From positions 1 through 54,268 of IMG/VR virus record IMGVR_UViG_3300009170_000002: a stretch of DNA of 54,268 nt. The stretch is one strand, 5' to 3'. The notes beneath the pieces were generated by a model. That model was not told where the DNA came from and made no database searches. It saw only the letters and a list, made by a program, of their open reading frames with translations. Below, in pieces: positions 1 through 8,609 of the stretch. The first letter of the stretch is position 1, and each line of letters begins with the position of its first letter. Source of the DNA: a virus. Lineage: Duplodnaviria; Caudoviricetes. The position numbers and the translations under genes are program-made.

Positions 1-123
1 CAAATCCCGTTTCAAAGTTTCTCTTCGGTCAAACTTTACAAAAACTTAACCCAACCGGAACAGAGCACCGGATCAGAACTTTTGCAGCCGGAACCACTTA
101 CACCATGATCGCAGTGACAATCA
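1..123. repeat. Terminal direct repeat (copy 1), identical to 54146-54268; circular assembly overlap
   Basis: Bases 1-123 (caaatcccgt...gtgacaatca) match 54146-54268 exactly, and an ORF reads through the junction. Confidence 0.95.
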
Positions 124-190
124 GGGGTTTTCGGACCACCGCATACGTCATCGACGGCGAGACTTTCGTTCAGATTTAAGGAGAACCCAA

Positions 191-841
191 ATGCCAGCAG
201 CAGCAACCACCCGTCACATCCTGTTCGTTTCTAGTCTTTCCCAAAAAATCATGTTTGATGAATTTTTTCGTAGTGAAATTGTGGAGGGGATCTGGGCCGA
301 GTGGGGGAGTTCATCGAGTTATCTTCGTGAACACACGCGCCATTGGAAGGACATCAAGGTTGAGGTCGTTTCCCGTGAACTTATCCCCGGGCGTTCATTT
401 TACGCGTGTAAGTCCGATTACCAATTGGCCAGGAATGATTTGTTGACCTGTTTGGCCTCCAAGATTTTGGCAAAGGTCAATATAATTCTGAATTTTGGGA
501 TTGAGGAAGATTATTGGCCGCAAATTCCCAATGACTATGACGCTTTTGCATTTTGGCTTTATGACTCGACGACAAAATCGTTTATGACGTCTCATGGGAT
601 TACGGAAGAGGCTATCAACAATTTGAAATTCGAGCCAATATACCTTTACATCCACATGAGGCGTGACATCACCAAACTTAAGAAAGCAATGACGAACCTT
701 ATCAAGGCGAAAGACTTTCCTAAATATCCGAATCTCATGATCTCTCTCGAGGACCAAACGCGGACTTTGAACGAGTATCGTGAAAGCATTGGAAGAGATT
801 CTTACTCATCCATCGCTTACCTGGTTATTGAGACCTCATGA
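191..841 (+). CDS. Hypothetical early protein, 216 aa
   Basis: Long ORF with RBS aaggag at about 178-183. Confidence 0.8.
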   Translation: MPAAATTRHILFVSSLSQKIMFDEFFRSEIVEGIWAEWGSSSSYLREHTRHWKDIKVEVVSRELIPGRSFYACKSDYQLARNDLLTCLASKILAKVNIILNFGIEEDYWPQIPNDYDAFAFWLYDSTTKSFMTSHGITEEAINNLKFEPIYLYIHMRRDITKLKKAMTNLIKAKDFPKYPNLMISLEDQTRTLNEYRESIGRDSYSSIAYLVIETS

Positions 842-847
842 CAATAC

Positions 848-906
848 TCATTACATTTCATTACATTTCTACTATGTACACTTTTGCAATCAGTTGATAG
901 AATTGT
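848..906 (+). promoter_or_regulatory. Family A promoter cassette, copy 1
   Basis: CATTACA x2, CTACTA, TGTACA(875-880)-N17-TAGAAT(898-903). Confidence 0.8.
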
Positions 907-975
907 TTCGTAATTGAGATAATCAACTAATACCACAAATCCACCTCATTCATTCTTTACGATTAGGAGTTCAAA

Positions 976-1170
976 ATGGCAGACCAAGAACGAAGTTTCA
1001 AACTGACAATCACCACTGCTCAGGGTAATACTTTCACTACGAGTTATTATGCCCTCAGCCTCGAATCGGCCGTCAATCGTGCTTATCGAGATTATCCGGG
1101 ATCGACCGTCGGAACCCACAAGGGTGTCGCACTCAGAATTTTAGGAAAATTGGCAGGAGGTGGGCGATGA
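976..1170 (+). CDS. Small hypothetical protein, 64 aa
   Basis: RBS aggag; lies directly downstream of promoter copy 1. Confidence 0.7.
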   Translation: MADQERSFKLTITTAQGNTFTTSYYALSLESAVNRAYRDYPGSTVGTHKGVALRILGKLAGGGR

Positions 1171-1352
1171 ATGCCCATCCTCTTGCCAAAATTTTCTTAG
1201 CCTTTGTCGTCGGATCTGGAGCAGGAATAATTTACCAAATTTGGGCTCCAATGAAGGGGTACTCAACCCAATGGGCAATCCCCATTGCACTTGGTGTATT
1301 CATTCTAATTTGCTGGATTTTGGATGTTGGAAGGGATTTGCGAAATGTATGA
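1167..1352 (+). CDS. Small two-TM membrane protein, 61 aa
   Basis: ATGA overlap with the previous gene, RBS ggagg, two hydrophobic segments. Confidence 0.65.
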   Translation: MNAHPLAKIFLAFVVGSGAGIIYQIWAPMKGYSTQWAIPIALGVFILICWILDVGRDLRNV

Positions 1353-1680
1353 CTTGGAAGAGCAACAGAAAAAATTTGAGGATTGCCTTTGGCTTCTTTA
1401 CAATGCAGGTCTTAGCCTTGAGCATTACGAATTCGTTCACCTCGATCCAATTGCGGATTTTATGATTGCCATTCGATGGTTCAAAACGCGGGAGGAAATG
1501 GGACCCTGGCTTGAACGGTTCGTTACGCGAGCGGTGCGTGGTGAGTCGCAATACAAAACGACCATCGAGGTTGATATGAATTGGGTCGATCAAGCGGCAT
1601 GGGATCGGCGAGTCAAGAAAAATAAGATTTTGGTTTTCGAAAGGCGGGCAGCAATCATCTCAATGAAGTGGCGTTTCTAA
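1345..1680 (+). CDS. Hypothetical protein (start refined to ATG 1345)
   Basis: Overlaps the previous stop; purine-rich ggaaggg upstream. Confidence 0.65.
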   Translation: MYDLEEQQKKFEDCLWLLYNAGLSLEHYEFVHLDPIADFMIAIRWFKTREEMGPWLERFVTRAVRGESQYKTTIEVDMNWVDQAAWDRRVKKNKILVFERRAAIISMKWRF

Positions 1681-1685
1681 TCCAG

Positions 1686-1769
1686 AATGTAATGATTTGT
1701 CATACGATGTTCATTACAAATCATTACATTTCTACTATGTACACCTTGACGATCCTTTGATAGAATTGC
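1686..1769 (+). promoter_or_regulatory. Family A promoter cassette, copy 2
   Basis: TGTAATG...CATTACA x2, TGTACA(1738)-N17-TAGAAT(1761). Confidence 0.8.
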
Positions 1770-1806
1770 CTCATAATCAATCAATCTTAAGTTCAGGGAG
1801 CCCAAA

Positions 1807-2262
1807 ATGTCCACAAAAGTTTTCACCCTCACCAAGAAAGTTGCCGGAAACACTCACCGAGTTTCGTTTGAACAGAGCGTCGCGATCGACAACGTCATGA
1901 TCGTCAAAATTTTTGATCCTCGGTTCCCAGCCAAACTCGTCGATAGCGAAATGATGTCCAAGGCGGGAGCACGGGCAATCTGGACCGAAAAAATTTCTCA
2001 GGGGTTCGTCGCGAATGAACTCGAAATTGGGTTCTCAGATTTTACGAACCGGGGATTTGATCGCTCGGAGAACACTTTCATCATCGAGGCTTCCCAACTT
2101 CAGTTGTTTGTCCCCCCTACCTCATTCAAACTTCTCGTCGATAACAACGTCATGGTCTTCCACCTCCTCGAGATTGGTTGGGACTCGACACTTGAAGATA
2201 TCCTTCTTTGGAAATACGCCACATCAGATCAGAGCATGAAGGCCACGATCTTCAACGACTGA
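1807..2262 (+). CDS. Hypothetical protein, 151 aa
   Basis: RBS gggag; follows promoter copy 2. Confidence 0.75.
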   Translation: MSTKVFTLTKKVAGNTHRVSFEQSVAIDNVMIVKIFDPRFPAKLVDSEMMSKAGARAIWTEKISQGFVANELEIGFSDFTNRGFDRSENTFIIEASQLQLFVPPTSFKLLVDNNVMVFHLLEIGWDSTLEDILLWKYATSDQSMKATIFND

Positions 2263-2285
2263 AATTATCATCCAGACCAAAATAA

Positions 2286-2367
2286 AATGTAATGAAATGT
2301 AATGAGGTAATCATTACAAATCATTACATTTTTACTATGTACATCCGTGGACTTCGAATTAGAATTA
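2286..2367 (+). promoter_or_regulatory. Family A promoter cassette, copy 3
   Basis: TGTAATG x2, CATTACA x2, TGTACA(2338)-N16-TAGAAT(2360). Confidence 0.8.
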
Positions 2368-2401
2368 TCTCATAATCAAAATTCACTTCAAGGAGCGCAC
2401 G

Positions 2402-2611
2402 ATGAAAGCATACAACAGCAAAACGGGAAAATGGGAAACAAAAGCCAAATTCAATCGCAACGACCGCGTAATTTACACCACCTGGACCGGAAGCACTTTC
2501 CGCGGAACGATCGTAAGAATTGGCGAGAAAAATGACGAAATTACTTACGATGTCGATCTCGACAATGGCGAAGGAAAATGGGGTTACGAAGATCAATTCG
2601 AACTTCTCTAA
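2402..2611 (+). CDS. Small protein, SH3/Tudor-like beta-barrel pattern, 69 aa
   Basis: RBS aaggag; pattern F-x-x-x-D-R-V...GTIV...YDVDLDNG. Confidence 0.7.
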   Translation: MKAYNSKTGKWETKAKFNRNDRVIYTTWTGSTFRGTIVRIGEKNDEITYDVDLDNGEGKWGYEDQFELL

Positions 2612-2653
2612 AAAATAATTCAGACACGATAATGATCCTCTAGAAATAGGGGA

Positions 2654-2735
2654 TCATTACATTTGTCATAAAATATTCATTACATTTGTCATTGTTTCTA
2701 CTATGTACACCGGGAGGGTTCGTTGATAGAATTGT
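2654..2735 (+). promoter_or_regulatory. Family A promoter cassette, copy 4
   Basis: CATTACATTTGTCAT x2, TGTACA(2704)-N17-TAGAAT(2727). Confidence 0.8.
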
Positions 2736-2772
2736 TTCATAATCAACCAATCGAAATTTTAAGGAGAAAAAA

Positions 2773-3054
2773 ATGACAAACTCACGAACTTCCCGCAGAA
2801 ACCAAATGAACAAAAGCTTCAAAACCCTCAACAGCACCTACCACATGGAATTCCCCCTCGACGAAATCAAAACGAAATTGGCCGCCGACGGAATGTTCAT
2901 GGTTCAGGAAGACGGAACCCCGTGGAGTGGAATTTTCTGCGGCAGCGACGGAGATGCCGGGATCGCGCTGAGCGGGATCGAACGTTCAGAAATCCGGATC
3001 ATGTGGCACACGATGCAGAGCGGAAAATTTGAAATGACCGTTTACATCCCCTAG
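2773..3054 (+). CDS. Hypothetical protein, 93 aa
   Basis: RBS aaggag; follows promoter copy 4. Confidence 0.75.
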   Translation: MTNSRTSRRNQMNKSFKTLNSTYHMEFPLDEIKTKLAADGMFMVQEDGTPWSGIFCGSDGDAGIALSGIERSEIRIMWHTMQSGKFEMTVYIP

Positions 3055-3071
3055 ACCTTCAAAAACCAAAC

Positions 3072-3089
3072 GAGCCCCTTCGGGGGCTC
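3072..3089. terminator. GC hairpin with TTCG tetraloop (probable terminator)
   Basis: gagcccc-ttcg-ggggctc right after the stop codon; U-tract is poor on the + strand. Confidence 0.55.
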
Positions 3090-3125
3090 AATCCGTTTCA
3101 TTGCGGGGTTTGTGGCAGATCCCCA

Positions 3126-3208
3126 AATGTAATGATTTGTCATACGATATTCATTACATTTCATTACATTGCTACTATGTACGCTGGGGTGGTTTGTATT
3201 AGAATTGT
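3126..3208 (+). promoter_or_regulatory. Family A promoter cassette, copy 5
   Basis: TGTAATG...CATTACA x2, TGTACG(3178)-N16-TAGAAT(3200). Confidence 0.8.
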
Positions 3209-3239
3209 CTCATAATCAAAATTTAGAGGAGAGACGATC

Positions 3240-3422
3240 ATGAAAACCTACGTACTAAAATTCAATTCTCAGGCAAAGCTCGAAAAGAAAGTTAAGGAAG
3301 TTTTTGGTGAGACCGCGACCATCGTAAACGGACGCGTTTTTGTCAACGATAAAGTTCTTCCACTCTCGATCGCATACACCGGCCAAATTGGTCCCCGAAC
3401 TTGGATGTTTCAGTACCGCTAG
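3240..3422 (+). CDS. Small hypothetical protein, 60 aa
   Basis: RBS gaggag; follows promoter copy 5. Confidence 0.7.
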   Translation: MKTYVLKFNSQAKLEKKVKEVFGETATIVNGRVFVNDKVLPLSIAYTGQIGPRTWMFQYR

Positions 3423-3432
3423 GAGCCACAAA

Positions 3433-3681
3433 ATGAAAAACCTTCTCACACTCATCGACTCCCGGAACCACCAGATTGTCAACTGCAACGGCGAACACCG
3501 AGCATCATATCTCTTGCGCCTGAAGAAAAACGCCCTCGTCTCCTTGGCCGCCAAAAAAGACGGGGGATATGATCCGGGTTTTTATGCCACCTTCACCAAG
3601 GTCGAACTTGTGTACCTCATCCTTCTCATTGAAAATTTCATCTGGACCAAGGGCCTCACGGAGAAAGCGAGCCTTTGGTAA
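3433..3681 (+). CDS. Small hypothetical protein (start refined to ATG 3433), possible Rho N-terminal-like helical motif
   Basis: RBS aggag at 3421; LxKxxLVxLA...TKVELV pattern. Confidence 0.65.
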   Translation: MKNLLTLIDSRNHQIVNCNGEHRASYLLRLKKNALVSLAAKKDGGYDPGFYATFTKVELVYLILLIENFIWTKGLTEKASLW

Positions 3682-3696
3682 ACCAAGGACGTGACG

Positions 3697-3734
3697 AAAA
3701 AAGAGAGTCTCAGATCACCGAGACTCTTTTTTTT
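3697..3734. terminator. Bidirectional rho-independent terminator between convergent early and late blocks
   Basis: A-tract, agagtctc-agatcacc-gagactct stem-loop, T-tract. Confidence 0.85.
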
Positions 3735-3737
3735 ATT

Positions 3738-3784
3738 GATGTATATTCTATCATCGGACTGCGCTGCGTGTCTCTGGTCCTCAC
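3738..3784 (-). repeat. Family B 47-bp element, copy 1
   Basis: GTGAGGACCAGAGACACGCAGC-N7-GATGATAGAATATACATC on the minus strand. Confidence 0.85.
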
Positions 3785-5022
3785 TGGGAGGTTGTTGGAG
3801 GTACCCCATTCATATAGGTTGCGAGATTGATTTGCTCATCTTCTTCACCAAAATACATTTTACCATTTATGAGTGCGGTACCGTTTTGGATGTTTACGAT
3901 ATTGGGGGATAATAAATCATTCTCATTGAACGTCAAGATCAAAAATCCCTGCTGCCAATGGTTGTTACTCGAGCCCGGAACTACGCCATTCGTTTTGCAA
4001 AGGCACCCGGGTGAGATACCCCAAATTACTTCTTTCCCTTCATAATTTTTTACCGTTCTTGTTACGGCCTCGATCCGATGGATGTGCCCCTGGATTGTTG
4101 TAACCGTATCACTCATGACGACCTGCCCCATGGTGGATCCGGGTGCTGCTCGGACCACGTTTCCGTGGATACATCGGATTTTTTCGCTCAACCAAAATTC
4201 TCCACTTGGATATCCGGGAATGTATTCGATGCCGATCCCCTCTAGGTCAAGGAGGCGTTCCACTGAGTAGGACGGGGGTGAACTCAACTCGTCGACGGAT
4301 CGCAAGTGATATCCTTGTTTTAGGTTCATGATGATCGAAGTTATAAGCCTCTGTTCGTGGTTCCCAGCAAGGGCGACGTGGACGGCATCAGAGGTTACTG
4401 ATTTGATTTTGGCCATAAATGTGGATGCTGAAATGATTGCGGGTTGCGTGGTGAAGTACATTTCGGGACTTCGTATAAACTTATCACTCCACTCGGCAAG
4501 ATCGAGAATGTCCCCCAACCAGATGACAAAATCAAAGTGGTATTCTTGTGCAATTTGGAAAACGATATCGAGGGCTCGTTGATCATGCATCGAAACCAAT
4601 TGGCCAGTATTCGTGTCCTTTAGGTACCCAAAATGTGGATCTGGGATGATCAATGCGGTTTGGGCTCCTCCAATTTTTGTTTTAGGTTGATGCAAAACGG
4701 GCGGCATGGTAATCTGGATTGGTGATATTACGGGCTCAAAAGAGATTGGGTTCTTTCTCGCTATCCAAACCTTGATTTGGTATAGGTTGGTTTTCTTTAT
4801 TTCGCCCTTATCATTTATGCTTCCCGAAATTTTGCCCTCAACAAATATGAGTTCTTTGGCCTCGTCTCGTCGTCCTATTTGCCACGTGTTGATTAGATAT
4901 CTTTCAACGATCCATTCTTCCTGATCGACCTCAAATTTTTCTAATATTTCACTCAATGTTTGGGGCATTTCATCCACCTGACCCTCGTCAAGTAGGACAC
5001 GAAAATTTTGTGTCTCTTCCAT
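3781..5022 (-). CDS. Calcineurin-like metallophosphoesterase
   Basis: Motifs DPH, GDILD, GNHE, IHG, GHIH. Confidence 0.85.
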   Translation of the reverse strand: MEETQNFRVLLDEGQVDEMPQTLSEILEKFEVDQEEWIVERYLINTWQIGRRDEAKELIFVEGKISGSINDKGEIKKTNLYQIKVWIARKNPISFEPVISPIQITMPPVLHQPKTKIGGAQTALIIPDPHFGYLKDTNTGQLVSMHDQRALDIVFQIAQEYHFDFVIWLGDILDLAEWSDKFIRSPEMYFTTQPAIISASTFMAKIKSVTSDAVHVALAGNHEQRLITSIIMNLKQGYHLRSVDELSSPPSYSVERLLDLEGIGIEYIPGYPSGEFWLSEKIRCIHGNVVRAAPGSTMGQVVMSDTVTTIQGHIHRIEAVTRTVKNYEGKEVIWGISPGCLCKTNGVVPGSSNNHWQQGFLILTFNENDLLSPNIVNIQNGTALINGKMYFGEEDEQINLATYMNGVPPTTSQ

Positions 5023-5031
5023 GCGACTCTC

Positions 5032-5388
5032 CTATTCAAAGATCCAGATTATTTTATAAATTTCTTCAGCGGAAAGTTGTGAGTCACCAAATTTCTCAAT
5101 TGGAACAAGCTGAGATTGAATTTCTATTGAAACACTTTCAAGTTCATGAATTGCTTTGGTGAATTCCTCCATGTTTTCTTCAGGAACGATCCCTTCAGAT
5201 CCCTCACCTTTTGAGAATTTGTCAACATACTCATTGTGTTGTTTTACAAAATCTTCAATATACCCTGATACTTCACGAACAATTGTACTAATCCTGAAAG
5301 CAGCCAAAGGACTAACAGGAATTTTAGAAACCTTTCTCAAATCCTCAATCGATCCAAGAATTTCTCGTAATGTAACTTGTCTTTTCAT
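5032..5388 (-). CDS. Hypothetical protein downstream of the tail fibre (start refined to ATG 5388)
   Basis: RBS ggagag; helical protein typical of this position. Confidence 0.7.
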   Translation of the reverse strand: MKRQVTLREILGSIEDLRKVSKIPVSPLAAFRISTIVREVSGYIEDFVKQHNEYVDKFSKGEGSEGIVPEENMEEFTKAIHELESVSIEIQSQLVPIEKFGDSQLSAEEIYKIIWIFE

Positions 5389-5400
5389 TTTTCTCTCCAA

Positions 5401-8400
5401 TTAGATAAAATAGCCGTAACAAATAGCATAACAGCCTGTTGCATTTGCTCCACCTACAATAATTTCTATGTCGCTATTGGTGGCATCGAGATTGACAATT
5501 CCCGATGAACTAGTGCTTATTGTCGAACTCAGTGATATCGCCCCTACAGGATAATTGGTATTAGACGAACCGCGTGCTCTTGCCCCAACGAAGTTACTCC
5601 CTCCAGCCGTTTGAATAGCTGACATTCTTATAGCAATTGCCTTAGCAGCGGAAGGTATACTACCATTATTCACATCTTGCATATCGAAAGGATAAGTACC
5701 CGTATTTCTCGATAATGACCCGTTCCAAGAATTGCCAGTAGTGTCCATCATAACAAATGGGTTCAAGGGAACGAATATGCAGCCAGCAGTTGAGTTGCGT
5801 TGATACTGACTTGATGTTGTTATTCCTCCAGTGATGGACAAAGTTGGATAACTTGTCGGTAATGTAAGACCGGATGTACCAAATGAGTTTAGATAAAGTT
5901 CTGCTATCTTCCCCGACCCGCCGTCTGACTTTAGCCTTAAATTTGAAACGTATTGCCCGGTAACTAACATTTGCATCGAGTATTCGCCGCTTGCCGCTTT
6001 TGTATTTATAATGCTATTAGAAGTTGAACCGTCCCACATAATATATGTTGAATTCGTTACATTGACGTTGCCATTAGTTGTAAGATTTACGCACCCTGGG
6101 ACTGTTAAAACGTCTTTGTAAATTAGTATTGAGCCAGCATGGATATACCCATCCGAACCTACACTCCACTGTTCTACGCCGCCATTGTATCCGGCAATTG
6201 ATCCAAAATAATCAGGGGCATCGTATTTTGAATAGATTTTTAGGCCTGTCGTGGGACTGCTAAACGTACCAGTGCCTTGATAAATTCCGCCATTCACGCC
6301 AAGAGTGAGAGCTTTTGTAAACTCAGCGCCAGTACTTGCATTGAACGTGAATACCGCATTACCGCCAGAGTCTTTGATCGTCAGGATACCGGACGCATCT
6401 AAGCCGATTCTCTCTGTCGTATTATTGCGTATCGAAAGTGCACCGCTGCTGATCAGGACATTCGACTTACTTACCGCAACTTCGCCAACTGTCAGGACAC
6501 CTGCCGATGTCAACCCGATAATTTCAGTGACGTTATTTCTTATCGATACCGCTCCACTGCTTATTAGAACATTCGACTTACCCGACCCAACTTCGCCAAC
6601 TGTCAAAATACCAGTAGATGCGAGATTGATCAACGTGGTTGTGTTATTGCGTATTGAAAGGCCACCGCTACTGATTATGACATTCGACTTGCTTGAATTC
6701 ACCTCACCTATTGTAATATCACCGTTCATGGCCCATTTCGCAATATTCACAGCTCCTGCCATAAACCTAATCCCGTTTGTGTCATCAATTGTAAGATATG
6801 AAGCAGACGGGTCATATTTGCCAAAGGCCGCTCCATAAGCCGTTGCCGAATAACCATAAACACCGTTCAGATTACCAATCGCAAAATGCTCAGTCCAGTC
6901 ATTATAGGTTTGTGAAAGACGGACATTTCCAACCAAAGTTGGTCCAAACGCTGACGGTGCACTTATTCCGGTTGTCGCATAAAGGTCTATAAATCCATGT
7001 CCCGCCTGTCGAGTATTTAAGACAGCATCCCCCTTTATCCATGCATTTGCTCCAGTTCCGTCGAGATTACGGGTAACGGTATATGAATAAGGGCCGACTC
7101 CACTAGGCCCTGACGTAATCCGCATGAACTCAACTTGTCCACCACCTTCGCAATAAATGGTATCATTATTCACCAAACTATTATGTTTTACATAAATCGT
7201 GGTATCACCGGCAGCCACGTCTGTAGTAAAGATTGTCGTGGGAGCAACCACAACTCGTCCACCAATTGTTGAGAGAACGTTTGCAGCAACCAAATTAGTC
7301 ACAATCAATTCCGCTGCATAAAGTGATAGATATTTTTTGGTTGGCGATCCCAATGAAATGTCATAATTTGTTACAGGGACGACATCATTTCCAGTTGGAT
7401 CAAGAAGAAGGTCACCGGTCGGAGCCATTGTAGCGTTCCCATTTATGTCAATCGTGACGTTCATATAATTTGAACCGTCGTACGATAATTTCATTTGGGG
7501 ATTTGCCGAGGCATTGATTATATTGGCCGTCCCATTCAATATGAGTGAACGGTCGTTTTTCAAAGTCATTATATCTTGCCAACTTGTCGTATAAAAACTC
7601 CACCTAAAATAGGCATTGGGGTCATTAGTCGGATTCGGTACACTAAAACGAAGGTCTTTATTCGAGTTTACTTGAAATTCGCCGGTTGACCACTGGGATA
7701 AGGATGCTGTATAAGACCCTGTTCTAAATCTTAGTTGCGTATCATTCGTTATATTCGATTCGCCAATGTCAATCCAAAACGAGCCCAAAGTTGCGCTGGA
7801 GTTGAGATACATCCTACCCGACGTAGTATGTAATTTCAGATCACTTGCTGTTTGGAACAGTTCGCCAAATATTGCGTCACTATAAGATAATTTTAATTGT
7901 TTATTCGTGCCTTCTCTTATGTCCACTCTGTAACCGGTCGGAGCGGCAACCCCAATCCCTATCGTATTCAACGATCCGGAGGCTACAAGAAGGTTTGTGT
8001 CTAATGCAATTCCACCATTCGCATCGGTAGCCAGAATGCTGGCGGCTGCTCCGGGATTGCTAGATGATGTGATTGCGTGACTGTGCGTTGTTCCTGAAAC
8101 TGAATTTGTTGATGAAACGTTTAGTGTTGAGGGCGTTCCCAAAACAATATTGTTGCTTCCATCTTCAGTGATACCGACGCCCAAAATGTCAGATACATCA
8201 ACAGTAATTGTGATCAGGTTGGTTCCCGCTACGGTATCAATTCCATCACCACTCGCTATTTTTATCCGGTTATTTCCGTCAACTGATACTACCGTATTTG
8301 CGTTATCTAAAAGGCCAGTGAATGCGACGTGATGGGCGGCCGCGTTCGCGGCATGAGCGGAGATATCAATCCCGTCAATCGTAACATTTGAAGCAACTGC

Positions 8401-8601
8401 CAAATTCCCATTTAGTGTTCGTGTTCCATCAATCAAAAGAAATTGGGGACCTTGCGAATCGATCAAAAGACCGGTATGATGCGTCGAAGATAATGGGTGT
8501 GGATCTGGTGCGTAAGCGGCACCGATTGGTGTAACACCGGCTGTCGCAATTACTCTCAGAAAAAATGGCTCTAACTTTTTTGCGAGCTCACTGATATCCA
8601 T
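5401..8601 (-). CDS. Tail fibre / central fibre protein, 1066 aa
   Basis: G/S/T/N-rich beta-structure with about 39-aa internal repeats (TVGEV..KSNVLISSG..SIRNN); last large tail gene. Confidence 0.8.
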   Translation of the reverse strand: MDISELAKKLEPFFLRVIATAGVTPIGAAYAPDPHPLSSTHHTGLLIDSQGPQFLLIDGTRTLNGNLAVASNVTIDGIDISAHAANAAAHHVAFTGLLDNANTVVSVDGNNRIKIASGDGIDTVAGTNLITITVDVSDILGVGITEDGSNNIVLGTPSTLNVSSTNSVSGTTHSHAITSSSNPGAAASILATDANGGIALDTNLLVASGSLNTIGIGVAAPTGYRVDIREGTNKQLKLSYSDAIFGELFQTASDLKLHTTSGRMYLNSSATLGSFWIDIGESNITNDTQLRFRTGSYTASLSQWSTGEFQVNSNKDLRFSVPNPTNDPNAYFRWSFYTTSWQDIMTLKNDRSLILNGTANIINASANPQMKLSYDGSNYMNVTIDINGNATMAPTGDLLLDPTGNDVVPVTNYDISLGSPTKKYLSLYAAELIVTNLVAANVLSTIGGRVVVAPTTIFTTDVAAGDTTIYVKHNSLVNNDTIYCEGGGQVEFMRITSGPSGVGPYSYTVTRNLDGTGANAWIKGDAVLNTRQAGHGFIDLYATTGISAPSAFGPTLVGNVRLSQTYNDWTEHFAIGNLNGVYGYSATAYGAAFGKYDPSASYLTIDDTNGIRFMAGAVNIAKWAMNGDITIGEVNSSKSNVIISSGGLSIRNNTTTLINLASTGILTVGEVGSGKSNVLISSGAVSIRNNVTEIIGLTSAGVLTVGEVAVSKSNVLISSGALSIRNNTTERIGLDASGILTIKDSGGNAVFTFNASTGAEFTKALTLGVNGGIYQGTGTFSSPTTGLKIYSKYDAPDYFGSIAGYNGGVEQWSVGSDGYIHAGSILIYKDVLTVPGCVNLTTNGNVNVTNSTYIMWDGSTSNSIINTKAASGEYSMQMLVTGQYVSNLRLKSDGGSGKIAELYLNSFGTSGLTLPTSYPTLSITGGITTSSQYQRNSTAGCIFVPLNPFVMMDTTGNSWNGSLSRNTGTYPFDMQDVNNGSIPSAAKAIAIRMSAIQTAGGSNFVGARARGSSNTNYPVGAISLSSTISTSSSGIVNLDATNSDIEIIVGGANATGCYAICYGYFI

Positions 8602-8609
8602 GAATTCTC

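Noticed and set aside
848-3220. CRISPR array or integron attC cassette array suggested by the regularly recurring repeats
   Set aside because: The repeats are degenerate, have -35/-10 promoter architecture and are separated by whole genes of 200-800 bp. No cas1, integron integrase or attC-type palindromes are present.
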